Shown in pieces: positions 12,001 through 24,499 of a stretch of 64,000 nt of DNA; position 1 is the first letter of the stretch; each line of letters starts with the position of its first letter. Below the pieces are notes generated by a model. The model searched no databases. It had not been told where the DNA came from and saw only the letters and a list, made by a program, of their open reading frames with translations. The position numbers and the translations under genes are program-made. This DNA comes from Mobula hypostoma (lineage: Eukaryota): contig NC_086097.1 of assembly GCF_963921235.1 (NCBI RefSeq), positions 27,654,001 through 27,718,000 on the forward strand, in the 5' to 3' direction.

Positions 12001-12134
12001 CTTTTCGATTTCTTGTAAATAAAGCAGCGCTATGTCACCAGCTTTCTCATAACATGTAATTATTTCTTGTTCGGGATCAAGCTGAAGATCACTTTGTGAT
12101 GATTCTGATGATAGCAGTTTTTCCAGACACAGGC
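12001..12134 (-). CDS. TTC7B: Internal coding exon of tetratricopeptide repeat protein 7B (PI4KA scaffold), probably orthologous to human exon 4
   Basis: Minus strand: polypyrimidine tract + AG acceptor (tttttctcttctttcgatag), 134-bp open exon (2 nt + 44 codons) reading (G)LCLEKLLSSESSQSDLQLDPEQEIITCYEKAGDIALLYLQEIEK, then GT donor (gtaaaa). Matches the remembered human TTC7B segment GLCLEKL...EQDVITCYEKAGDIALLYLQEIER. Too short for the ORF track. No flanking exons found in the window. Confidence 0.93.
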
Positions 12135-12199
12135 CTATCGAAAGAAGAGAAAAATGCTTAATCAGATGTGCTAATTTAAAAACTAGACTGAATATGAAT

Positions 12200-12850
12200 C
12201 ACAATAATTACTGCAAGGTAATGTTGCAGTACTATAAAACTCTGGTTAGACCACACTTGGGATATTGTGTTCATTTCTAGTCACCATACTATAGGAAAGT
12301 TATGGAAGTTTTAGAGCAGGGGTTCCAAACCTTATTTATGCCGTGAATCAATACCATTAAGCAAGGGGTCCATGGACTCAGCGCTGGGACCCCTTACTTT
12401 AGCACAGAGGAGATTTACCAGGATGCTCCCTGGACTAGAGTGCATGCCTTATGAAGAGAGGATGAGTGAACTAGGGTTTTTCTCTTTGGAGCAAAGGTTG
12501 AGAGTGATTTGGTAGAAGTGTACAAGATGAGGAGAGGCATTGATTGAGTGGACAGCCAGAGATCTTCCTCCCCCAGGCTGGAAATGGCAAATACAAAGGG
12601 ACATAATTTTAATGTGATTGGGGGAAAGAGAAGGGGGATGTCGGAGAGTGTGGGTATGTGGAACTCCCTGCCAGAGGTGGTGTCACAGGCACAAACATTA
12701 GGGGCATTTAAGAAACTCTTACATTGGCACATGAATGATAGAAAAATGGAGGAATATTAGGAGGAAAGGATTACATTGACCTTAGAGTAGGTTAAAAGTT
12801 CAGCACAACATTGTGGGCCGAAGGGCCTGTATATACGGTCTATGTTCAAT
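12200..12850 (+). mobile_element. CR1 3' fragment, degenerate
   Basis: RPHL.YC motif and CR1 3'UTR (tgtgggccgaagggcctgta). Confidence 0.8.
12317..12396. mobile_element. Tiny hAT (Charlie-like) MITE, ~80 bp
   Basis: TIR caggggttcc...gggacccctta; degenerate 8-bp TSD ttttagag/ctttagca; homologous to 51066-51142. Confidence 0.7.
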
Positions 12851-13179
12851 GCACACCATAAATTCAATGCCATGACCCAAGATTTGATTGTTAACATGTA
12901 GTGCTCACAGTAACACAAGTTATGATCGTTGTCAGACATGGTGCTTAACTAATGAACATGGCGTGGCTGCACATTGTTAACAACAACCATTTATCAGCTT
13001 TATCATCGAAAATATATCCCATTTCTTCAACAATGTTCAGAAGAAAATGAGCACTAAGCCAGATGGAAAATATGAGTAAGGTTAAAGGAAATATACAGCT
13101 TCTTACATCTCTTTTTCAGGACATACTAAAAATTAAGCTGACCAACAGATCACCATCAGTAAATATGGGCAACAGTAAG

Positions 13180-13972
13180 TATGGACCCAGATAAGTGTGA
13201 AGTGGTTCATTCTGGTAGGTCAAATATGATGGGAGAATATAGTATTAATGGTAAGACTCTTGGCAATGTGGAGGATCAGAGGGATCTGGGGGTCTGAGTC
13301 CATAGGACACTCAAAGCTGCTACACAGGTTGACTCTGTAGTTAAGAAGGCATACAGTACATTGGGCTTCATCAATCGCGGGATTGAGTTTAAGAGCCGAG
13401 AGGTAATGTTGCAGCTATATGGGATCCTGGTCAGACCCCACTTGGAGTACTGTGCTCATTTCTGGCCGCCTCACTACAGGAAGGACGTGGAAAACACAAA
13501 AAGGGTGCAGAGAAGATTTACAAGGATGTTGCCTGGATTGGGGAGCATGCCTTATGAGAATAGGTTGAGTGAACTCGGCCTTTTCTCCTTGGAGCAACGG
13601 AGGATGAGAGGTGACCTCATAGAGGTGTACAAGATATTGAAAGGCATTGATCGTGTGGATAGTCAGAGGTTTTTCCCCAGGGCTGAAATGGCTGGCATGA
13701 GAGGGCATAGTTTTAAAGTGCTTGGAAATAAGTACAGAGGTCAGGGGTAAGTTTTTTACACAGAGAACGGTGAGTGCGTGGAATGGGCTGCCGGTGACAG
13801 TGTTGGAGGCGGATACGATAAGGTCTTTTAAGAGACTCCTGGATGGCTACATGGAGCTTAGAAAAATACAGGGCTATGGGTAAAGCCTAGGTAGTTCTAA
13901 GGTAGGGACATGTTCGGCACAGCTTTGTGGGCGGAAGGGCCTGTATTGTGCTGTAGGTTTTCTATGTTTCTA
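13180..13972 (+). mobile_element. CR1 3' fragment
   Basis: ORF 13361-13750 RPHLEYCAHFWPP...RMRGDLIEVYKI; (ttctatg) tail. Confidence 0.9.
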
Positions 13973-13974
13973 AT

Positions 13975-14965
13975 ATCTCTGTCATGATTATCCTCAGCAC
14001 TGGTGTTCCATAAGGTAATGTCCTTAACCCTGTACTCTACTTCCTATACACTTATGGATAGATCTGCCCTATCTACAAGTTTGCAGCTGATGTTACTGTT
14101 GTAGGCCATATCTCAAATAATGATGAATCAGAGTACAGGAAGGAGATAGAAAGTCTAATGACATGGGGTCATGATGACAACTTTTCCCTCCATGTCAGTA
14201 AAGTGGAAGAGTTGGCTTTGACTTCAGGAAGAGGGGCAGTGCACAGGCTCCTGTCCACATCAGTGGTGCTGTAGTCAAGAGGGTTAACAGATTCTTGTTC
14301 CTAAAGTGTACATCACCCGAGCATGACCCGGTCTAACCATGTTGACACCATGACCAAAGAAGTTCCCCAGCTTCCTCAAGAATCTAAAAGGATCTGGCAA
14401 CCCCTTTGACTGTTACCAATTTTATAGATACACCATAGAAAGTATCCTATCTGGATGCATTCTGGCTTAGTATGGCTCTGCACGTGACCTTAAGAAACTG
14501 CAAAGCTGTGGACACAACTCAGCACATCACGGAAACCAGCCTCCTCTCTAAGGGTTCTGTCTATACTTCTTGTAAAACAGCCCATAATAATAAAAGACCC
14601 ACCCAATCAGGACATTCTCTCTTCTCCCCTCTGCCATCAGGCAGAAAATACAAAAGCCTGAAAGCACATACAACCAGGCTCAAAGACAGCTTTTATCCCA
14701 CTGTTATAAGACTACTGAATGGTTCCCTGGTATGACAAGGTGGACTTTGACCTCACAATCTACCTTGATATACTTTGCTCCTTATTGTCTACCTGCAATG
14801 TACTTTCTCAGCAACTGCAATACTTTATTCTGCATTCTGGTATTATTTTACCTTGTACAACTTCAATTCACCGTTGTAATGAATTGATCTGTATGAACAA
14901 TATGCAAGACAATATTTCCTTATGCCTCAGTACATGAGACAATAATAAACCGATTTACTAATTTA
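13975..14965 (+). mobile_element. Rex/Babar-like LINE 3' fragment
   Basis: HSLFSPLPSGRKYKSLKAHTTRLKDSFYP C-terminal motif; RT remnants upstream. Confidence 0.8.
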
Positions 14966-15039
14966 CTAATTTAAATTACTCTGATTCACAGTCACTATCA
15001 TAACGTAAAAACTAGCACCAATACACATGTAGCAAACTC

Positions 15040-15750
15040 CCACAAATAACAAACAACGTGCATATGATTTGAAATATATCGAGCACCTTTACTCCATCCA
15101 CTGTAACAGATGAGATCTCCCAGTTGCCAACCATTGTAATGCCATATGCCATTCCCACATCGACATGTCTGATCATGACCTTCTCTGCTGGCAAATTGAG
15201 ACTAGAGAGAGGAACATCACCTCATATTTAGCTTTGGTAGAGCCCAACCTGATGACACGAACACTGATATCTCCAACTTCTGGTAACCACTCTCCGCTCT
15301 CCACCTTTTATCCCCTTATCCCACTGGCCTCCATCACCCCTTCTCTTTCCCCTCCCCAGCCCTCTCAACCTGTGTCATCACATATACATTCCTCCCTCTG
15401 CTTCTCCTCTGTATGTCCTTCTCTCACTCCATGGTCCGATGACCTTTACTATCATATTCCATCTTCTTCAGCCCTTTGTCATCTTGACCTATCACTTTCC
15501 AGCTTCTTCCAGCATTTCCTCTTTCTCCCACCCTCACCAGCCTATCACCCCCCCCCGCCAACTTTCAGCTGGATCCGCCTCTCACCCACCATCTCTTGCT
15601 CCACCCCTTTCACCCACCTTTTATGCTCGCTATCTCCCTCTTTCTTTCCAGTCCTGATGAAGGGTTGTGACTAAAAACACCAATTGTCCATTTTCCCTCC
15701 GTAGATGCTGCTGACCTGCTGAGTACCTCCAGCATTTTGTGTGTCACTGC
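15040..15750 (+). mobile_element. Penelope-like element 3' fragment, degenerate
   Basis: Homologous to 10650-11200; pyrimidine-rich 3' region and ctgatgaaggg motif. Confidence 0.7.
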
Positions 15751-16869
15751 AAGTGATTTGAAATGTTTTCAGTCATCTCCTTTACCATCTGCCTATTTTT
15801 GTTTAAGCTCCCCCTTACAAGCACCTGTTCAATCAGTTTGATCAATGTTTAGCAATAATATCCCTAACAATAAATTAAACCTTCTTTGCCCCTCAATGCC
15901 ATATTTCTTTTCGTTCAAAGCTACAGCTAGCTCCATTAAATGACCTGCAAATCAGCTTTCAGTCGCAAGAACTGAGTTTTGTACATTTTTAAAGATTAGC
16001 TTTATTTATCATGTGTACGTTGAAACATCGAAACGTACAGTGCAACGTGCCGTTTGCATCAACAATCAACAAAGTCCGAGGATTGTGCTGGGGCAGCCCG
16101 CGCCATCACTCTTCCGCTGTCAACATAGCATGCTCATAACTTTCTAATCCGTAGGCCTTTGAAATGTGGGAGGAAACCAGAGTGCCTGGTGGGAACCCAC
16201 ACAGTCACGGTGAGAACAGACAGATGTTTTGACTGACTGTCGTTCATCTTTTCCTTTTCATTTTTCTTTTTCAGTGGTTGGGTAGTGTTACTAAAACTCA
16301 GATTACTAAGCAAACCATCTAACACCTCCTCCGACAGCCAGTGTACCCTCAGAGGTTAATTTACCCAGCACTCTGCAGGTATTGGGTGTCCTTGAAAAGA
16401 GTCACAGAGTCATAGAACATGACAGCACAGAATCAGGCCCTTTAGCTCCTCTAGTCCACACTCAAATATCAATCTGCCTACTCCCATAGACTGCATCTGG
16501 ACCATAAACCTTCCACACCCCTCCCATCCATATACCTATCCAAATTTTGTTTAAATGTTGAAATTGTACCCACATTCACCACTTCCACTGGTAGCTCATT
16601 CCACACTCTCACCACTCTCTGAGTGAAGACATTCCCCCAATATTCCCCTTAAACATTTCACCTTTCACCTTTAATCCATGACCCCTAGTTGTAGTATCAC
16701 CCAACTTTAGTAGAAAAATCCTGCTTGTATTTACTGTATCTATATCTTCATAATTTTATATACCTCTATCAAATCGCCCCTCAATTATCTCTGCTCCGGG
16801 GAATAAAGTCCAAACCTGCTCAACCTTTCCCTATAACTCAGGTCCTCAAGTCCTTGCAATATCCTTGTT

Positions 16870-17740
16870 TGCTTGCGTCATACACCTGGCTGCTCTTTTC
16901 AGTTACCTGATGAGGTAACCATCGCCTTTGGCCAGGGGCAGATGTCATCAGGTGGTGTCCAACCTTCAAAGAGTGTTTCAACCCTTAACCACTACACTCT
17001 CCAGCTGGCGCTTCAGCAATGGTGGCCAAGTCACTGCCAATCTGCTCCTGACTTCTAGCTCAACTCCTCTCACCTGCTCCATATCCAACAAGAGGCTCTT
17101 TTTGCTTCCTCCTCTATCCTGTGAGCTGCTTGGTTCTTGCTCTTTTCATCAAGGCCCATGCAGACAGAAACCTCCATGCTGACCTTGCCAGGAAGCCTCT
17201 ACAGCCGATCTCCACAGGGAATAGCCACTTCTGCCATCTTTCATCCTTGCACTCCTGGACTAAGGATTGGTATTTCGGGGCCTTCCTCCTGTGAGCCTCC
17301 TTGCAGCCTTCCTCCCTTGGTACTATGAGCTTCACCAGGATGATTTTCTTGTCTTCGGTGGATGACAGGACAATGTCTGGTTGAAGTGTGATTTGCACCA
17401 CCTCCGGGTACTGCAGTTCCTCCCCACATCAACCTTCATCTCCCATCACCTGGCAGTTTGCAGCAGATTGGATTTAGGCCTCTTTGATATGACTAACGTG
17501 GCTACTTCCTTGATGTAAATGACTGCCTGTTTGCCTTCCTGCCAACTGGTCTCTTTTTACACCCCTCCCGCTCCACAGCAAGACCTTGTCGTTGCACCAC
17601 TTATACCGTCCTTATGTTAAAGCTGTTTTGCATCCTGACAGTATGTGTGCCAGTGAACCCTGCTGACCAGAAAGCTTGCAGTTAGGGTCCTCTCTCAGCC
17701 CCCATTTGTACAGCTGTGATGGTGTAGGGAGAGTGTCCAC
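16870..17740 (-). mobile_element. Hero/NeSL-type (restriction-like endonuclease) non-LTR retrotransposon fragment
   Basis: PDIVL...IILVKLIVP.EE...KY...PVEIGCRGF RLE motif; upstream CCHC-like CKL...SLAHILSGC. Confidence 0.8.
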
Positions 17741-17899
17741 ATTTTATATCTTATTTACATCTTTCCTGTAGGTAGATAACTCAAACTGCACACAATACTC
17801 CAAATTAAGCCTCACCAATGTCTTATACAATTTCAAGATAACATCCCAACTCCTGTACTCAATTCAATGATTAATGAAGGCCTTTGTGCCAAAAACTTT

Positions 17900-19520
17900 A
17901 GACCATAAGACCATAAGACAAAGGTGCAGAAGTAGGCCATTCGGCCCATCGAGTCTGCTCCGCCATTTTATCATGAGCTGATCCATTTTATCCTATTTAG
18001 TCCCACTGCCCCGCCTTCTCACCATAACCTTTGATGCCCTGGCTACTCAGATACCTATCAATCTCTGCCTTAAAGACACCCAATGACTTGGCCTCCACTG
18101 CTGCCTGTGGCAACAAATTCCATAGATTCATCACCCTCTGACTAAAAAAATTTTTTCGCATTTCTGTTCTGAAAGGGCGCCCTTCAATCCTGAAGTCATG
18201 CCCTCTCGTACTAGACTCCCCCATCATGGGAAACAACTTTGCCACATCCACTCTGTCCATGCCTTTTAACATTTGAAATGTTTCTATGAGGTCTCCCCTC
18301 ATTCTTCTAAACTCCAAGGAATACAGTCCAAGAGCGGACAAACGTTCCTCATATGTTAACCCTCTCATTCCCGGAATCATTCTAGTGAATCTTCTCTGTA
18401 CCCTCTCCAACGTCAGCACATCCTTTCTTAAATAAGGAGACCAAAACTGCCCACAGTACTCCAAGTGAGGTCTCACCAGCGCCTTATAGAGCCTCAACGT
18501 CACATCCCTGCTCCTATACTCTATTCCTCTAGAAATGAATGCCAACATTGCATTCGCCTTCTTCACTACTGACTCAACCTGGAGGTTAACTTTAAGGGAA
18601 TCCTGTACGAGGACTCCCAAGTCCCGTTGCATCTCAGAACTTTGAATTCTTTCCCCATTTAAATAATAGTCTGCCCGTTTATTTTTTCTGCCAAAGTGCA
18701 TAACCATACACTTTCCAACATTGTACTTCATTTGTCACTTCTCTGCCCATTCTTCCAATCTATCCAAGTCTCTCTGCAGACTCTCCGTTTCCTCAGCACT
18801 ACCGGCCCCTCCACCTATCTTCGTATCGTCAGCAAACTTAGCCACAAAGCCATCTAATCCATAATCCAAATTGTTGATGTACAATGTAAAAAGAAGCGGC
18901 CCCAACACTGATCCCTGTGGAACACCACTGGTAACCGGCAGCCAACCAGAATAGGATCCCTTTATTCCCACTCTCTGTTTCCTGCCAATCAGCCAATGCT
19001 CTATCTACGTATGTAACTTTCCTGTAATTCCATGGGCTCTTATCCTGTTAAGTAGCCTCATGTGTGGCACCTTGTCAAAGGCCTTCTGAAAATCCAAATA
19101 TACAACATCCACTGCATCTCCCTTGTCTAGCCTACTGGTAATTTCCTCAAAAAATTGTAATAGGTTTGTCAGGCAGGATTTTCCTTTAAGGAATCCATGC
19201 TGAGTTCTGCCTATCTTGTCATATGCCTCCAGGTACTCTGTAACCTCATCCTTGACAATCGACTCCAACAACTTCCCAACCACCGATGTCAAACTAACAG
19301 GTCTATAATTTCCTTTTTGCTTCCTTGCCCACTTCTTAAATAGCGGAGTGACATTTGCAATCTTCCAGCCCTCCGGAACCATGCCAGAATCTATCGACTT
19401 TTGAAAGATCATCGGTAATGCCTCCGCAATCTCCACAGCTACTTCCTTCAGAACACGAGGGTGCATTCCATCTGGTCCAGGAGATTTATCGACCTTTAAC
19501 CTATTCAGCTTCCTGAGTAC
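17900..19520 (-). mobile_element. Young 5'-truncated CR1 LINE (RT domain)
   Basis: ORFs 19005-19466, 18735-18971 and 17997-18731 with YLDFQKAFDKVPH, GVPQGSVLGP, FADDTK; (ttatggtc)n tail. Confidence 0.95.
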
Positions 19521-20406
19521 TTTCTTTACTACCCTTTCTACCTATGACACCACTTTCAAGGAATTATAGATCTATATTCCCAGATCTTTTTGTTCTACGG
19601 GCACCACTCAGTGTCCTACCACTCACGGTGTAAGACCCACCATAGTTGGTCCTCCCAAAGTGCAACAACTCACATATTTCTGCATTAAATTCTATTTGCC
19701 ATTTTCAGCCTATTCTTCTAGCTGATCCAGATCCACTGCAAGCTTTGATGGTCTTTTTCACTGTCCACTACACTCCCAATCTTGGTGTTATCTGTAAATT
19801 TGCTAATCCAGTTTACTACATTATCATCCAGATGATTGATATAGATTATAAACAACAGATTCAGCACCGATCCTTGTGGCACATCACTAGTTCAGGCCAT
19901 CAGTCAGAGAGGCAACCATCTACAACCACACTCTGACTTCTCCAGCAAAGCCAGTGTCTAATCCAATTTACCTCATCTTGAATGCCAAGTGACTGAACCT
20001 TCTTGACCAACCTCCCATGTGGGACCTTGTCAAAGGCTTTGCTAAAGTCCATGTAGATAATATTTACTGCCTTGTCTTCATCAATTTTCCTGGTAACTTC
20101 CACAAAAAACTCTATAAGATTGGTTAGACACAACCCACCATGCACAAAGCCATGTTGACTTCCCTAATGAATCACTGTTTATCCAAATACTTATATATCT
20201 GGTCCCTTAGACTACCTTCCAATAACTTTCCCACTACTGATGTCAGACTCACCAGCCTATAATTTCCTGGCTTATTCTTAGAGCCTTTCTTAAACAACAG
20301 AACAACATTAGCTATCCTCCAGCAACTCACCCCTGGCTAAGGATGTTTTAAATATCTCTGCTGGGGCCCCTGCAATTTCTGCACCAGCCTCCCACAGGGT
20401 CTGAGG

Positions 20407-20407
20407 G

Positions 20408-20503
<96 letters not shown>

Positions 20504-20546
20504 CATATATACACACACACACATACATACATATGTGTGTGTGTGT
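20407..20546. repeat. Compound (TA)n(CA)n(TA)n(CA)n(TG)n microsatellite
   Basis: Direct reading. Confidence 0.95.
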
Positions 20547-22334
20547 CCGTCTGTCCGTCTCCTGTGGAAATATAGATGCAAAAATCCATTTAAGATCTCC
20601 CCCATCTCTTTCAGTTCCAGGCATAGATTACCACTCTGATCATCCAAAGGAACTATTTTGTCCCTTGCTAACCTTTTGCTCTTAATATATGTGTAGAAGC
20701 CCTTTGGATTCTCCTTCACCTTGTCTGCTACCGCAACCTCATTCTTTCTTTTAGCCCTTCCCATTTCCTTCTTAAGTGTTCTCTTTCATTTCTTATATTC
20801 TTCAGGAACATACAAACCCTGTACTTTCAAAATTTTACTTTTGAAAGCTTCACACCTTTGCCAGAAAACAAACTGTTCAATCCACATTTGCCAGATCCTT
20901 TCTGATACCATCAAAATGGCCTTTCTCCAATTTAGAAACTCAACCAGAGGACCAGGACCAGGCCTATCCTTTTCCAAAATTACCCTGTTGCTAATGGCAT
21001 CATGATTCAAAGTACATTTATTTTCAAAGAATGTATAAATTATTCAACCTTGAGATTTGTTTGCTTATAGGCAGCCACAAAGCAAAAAAACCAAAAGAAC
21101 TCAATTTTTTAAAAAGTGTGTTGGAGGTTAAACACTCTCTGCTCAGAGAGAAAGAGAAAAAAACACAAATCATGCAAACAACAGAAGTGAGCAACACTAA
21201 CAGCATTCAGAGTGCTTAGATACAAATCCCTGGAGCAGCCGGGAGTAGGTCCAAAGCCTGGTATTCAGCTCATCATATCAGTGGGACAAGTTGCCGCAAA
21301 GTTCACAGACACAAAGCACAGCAGCTGAGGGCAGTCTCACAGCCCTTAGCGTTGCAGAGAGAGGAGTTCCCAGTTTATCTGGGCCGGTGTATAAAGTGTC
21401 TGAACAACGGATCATACCTTGAATTAGGACCTGGGTTACACCATGGTGAATCGCTCCAGGCCTAGATTTTGCTGCCGAAGAAGATGTTTTCAATCTCTTC
21501 AAATCTGCTCAACGTCCAGAGCAATCCAACCTCACCTGACTCTCAACACCTTGCCTTTCCAGTCTAGCTGGGCTAGTATTTAAACTGTTCAGTGGATTGT
21601 GCCTCACATTATGACCTGGGCCTTGCTGTGGCAAATCACTCCAGGCCTAGAACACACCGCCCAGTGATTCACTTTGGGCCAAGATTTCGCTGCTGAAGAA
21701 GCCATTCTCAATCTCTCTAAATCGTCTCGGTGCTTACAGCAATCCACCCTCACAACCGGGTTAGTTGGATGGACATCGGAACTCCTCTGTCTCATCTTTT
21801 CCTATCTGAATCATTCGCTCCAACCAGCATGGCTCCAACTCCCAGTGTGTCGATTTTGCAGTGCACCAGAAGGGCACATCTCGCAAATTCACTTTGCCTT
21901 CACTCGCCTCTTCATTGTTCACGATGATAGTTTACCATAATATACTTCTTCAAAAAAGTGTTATGAGTTATGTTTTTAATCCAATTTCTTTGCCTTCAAA
22001 CTACCAGCCAGCTGTCGCATACCTTTGGTAGCGGCATCTTAAACCAGAAGCCAGTTTAATCACTATAATCACTAATGCAAAGTGTTCCCCAACATAAACT
22101 TCTGTCACCTGCCCAGTCTCATTCCATAATAATGGGAAATAGTTTCTTCCTTCAGGCCATTAGACTTCTGAACAACCTGCTGTATTGCATTCGAAGTTTC
22201 ACCAGTTCATTTGTTCCATACCCTACAAATCTTAATTTATGTATTTTACTCTATTTATGCATAATTCACTTGTAGATTTTATCCTTACTTTCCAAGGTTA
22301 TTGTGTGTTATATCTGTAATATGTGTACTATTGT

Positions 22335-22882
22335 GCTTTACAAGACATCTTTAAATGTGAAATACATCTAGAGAGTAAGACCATATATTTTGGGTATATA
22401 TCTCAAGAATGGTTAGAAAGAGATAAATATTTAATGAATGTACTGCTGGTGGGTGGCAAAAAGACCCTTACCAGGAAATGGTTATCACAGGAGAGCCCAA
22501 CTTTAAATATATGGATGGAAATTACAATGGGCAATTACAAAATGGAGGAGATAACAGCATCTGTTAATTATAAGTTGGAACCATTTTATTCATACTGGAA
22601 ACAATGGTTTAACTACGTAACACCTCATAGGCCTGATTTTATTCTCACAAGTCAATGAATATGTTGTAAATAAAAGATCACTCCCTACTCTGTACAAAGT
22701 TTTCTTTCGATTGTTCTTTCGATTGTTCTTTTCCTCTCCTTTCTGTAAGTGTATACTTCAGATAAATATTATGTGGAGATTTGTGACAAATATGATTATA
22801 TGATATATATGTACAGTAATACATCTTATAGAAATGTTTGTTTGATGATGAAATCCAATAAAAAATAAATTACAAAAAAAAA
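22335..22882 (+). mobile_element. L1-clade LINE 3' end (ORF2 C-terminus, 3'UTR, polyA)
   Basis: ORF 22323-22658 KKTLTRKWLSQESPTLNIW...W..W; AATAAA and A-rich tail at ~22857-22882. Confidence 0.8.
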
Positions 22883-22884
22883 GA

Positions 22885-23353
22885 ACTTTCTACAGGGGCA
22901 CAATTGAGAGCATCCTGACTGGCTGCATCACTGTCTGGTATGGGAACTGCACCTCCCTTAATCGCAGGACTCTGCAGAGAGTGGTGCGGACAGCCCAGCG
23001 CATCTGTAGTTATAAACTTCCCATGGTTCAGGACATTTACAAAGAGAGGTGTGTAAAGGGGGCCCTTGGGGCCATTGGACACCCAAGCCATCCCAATCAC
23101 AATATATTCCAGCTTCTACCATCTGGCAAGTGGCACCACAGCATAAAAGTCAGGACCAACAGGCTCCAGGACAGCTTCTTCCATCAGGCCATCAGACTGA
23201 TGAGCTCATGCTGACTTGAGTGTACTCTGTATTACATTGACTGTTCTATTTATATAAATTATTACAAATTACTATGATTGCACATTGCACACTTAGATGG
23301 GAGATGTAACGTGTATGTGAAGGATGTAAGAAATAAAGTCAATTCAATTCAAT
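22885..23353 (+). mobile_element. Rex/Babar-like LINE 3' fragment
   Basis: QLLPSGKW...RLQDSFFHQAIRL; (caatt)n tail. Confidence 0.82.
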
Positions 23354-23359
23354 TTTGTT

Positions 23360-23800
23360 TCCCTAACCAGCGAATCCCCAATCACTGCAGCTGGCCTCTT
23401 CTCCCCATTCCCTCTGAGCCACAGAGCCAAACTCAGTGCTAGAGACATGACTGCTGTCGCTCTCCTTCGCAAGGTCACCCCCCCCCCAACAGTATCCAAA
23501 GTGATATGCCTCTTGTTGAGGGGAGTGGCCATAGGGGTACTCTGCAATGGCTGTCTATTCCCTTTCCCCCTCCTAATGGTCAATCAGTTACCTGTGACCT
23601 GCACCTTGGGTGTAACTGCCTCCCTGTACATCCTGTCTATCAACCTCTCAACCTACTGAATAATCTGGAATTTATCTAGTTCCAACTCCAACTCCTTAAC
23701 AAAGTCCGTTAGACACTGCAGCTGGATGCACTTCTTCTTGGTTTAGTTGTCAGGACAACTGAAGATCATCCTGCCTTCTCATGCCCCACAAGAGAATGCC
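23360..23800 (-). mobile_element. CR1 ORF1 fragment (zinc-finger/coiled coil to start of esterase)
   Basis: AAVIGDSLVR (GDS esterase start) and CIQLQ..L...VKELELEL motif. Confidence 0.7.
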
Positions 23801-23804
23801 ACTA

Positions 23805-24499
23805 GGGAGGGAGGGAGAAGATGGCAGCACGACGCAGCGTGCGCGGCCTCTCCGGTGAATGATATTGGTATTTGTCAGTAGGATGCCGTGCACAATTCTG
23901 ATTTGATGGAGACAGACGTGAGAAGCACAGAGGAACATCTGGAGAAACTTCTGAAATGCCCGGTTCGCTACCGCTGCTACTGTGCGATCGAGAATCTCCA
24001 GAGAGGAAGGCCCCAAATCCTCAGCTTTGCCTGTTGCTGGCGGCCGGGGCTGGGGTCGAAGCACTTGGCAGAGATGGTGCTCAGTGCTCGGTGTCGGAGG
24101 GCTGGTTGGAGGCTCAAAGTTTTCGAAAGGACTCAGAGTCAGACTGTGGTCGGGTGCTTCCAGGATGCTGCATCAGCAAGTTTGCAGCGCTGGAAGCTCA
24201 TGGCAGGGAGAGCTTCTCTTCCTTCTACTGTCTGTGTGAGATGATGGGACTTTCGAGAGACTTTGAGACTTTTTTTTACCATGCCCATGGTCTGTTCTTT
24301 ATCAAATTACGGTATTGCTTGCACTGTTGTAGCTATATGTTATAATTATGTGGTTTTTGTCAGTTTTTCAGTCTTGGTCTGTCTTGTGTTTCTGTGATAC
24401 CACACTGGAGGAACATTGTATCATTTCTTAATGCATGCATTACTAAATGACAATAATAGAGGATTGTGTGTCCTCATAGTCTAATAATCTAATCTAATC
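23805..24499 (+). mobile_element. Non-coding short retroposon with AAGATGGCG-type head and (TCTAA)n tail
   Basis: Close copy at 32929-33430 (minus); no conserved ORF; simple-repeat tail. Confidence 0.7.

Larger units (their letters stand above)
16400..20995 (-). mobile_element. Old CR1 LINE carrying nested Hero-like, young CR1 and microsatellite insertions
   Basis: 3' end at ~16400; ORF2 pieces at 17745-17900, 19520-20405 (YMDFSKAFDKVPH) and 20550-20995 (KENPKGFYTYIKSKR). Confidence 0.8.

Noticed and set aside
20308..20764. ORFs with YI/CV repeats
   Set aside because: Microsatellite translation
23750..24345. Several overlapping 85-130 aa ORFs
   Set aside because: GC-rich repeat; frames are not conserved in the second copy at 32929-33430
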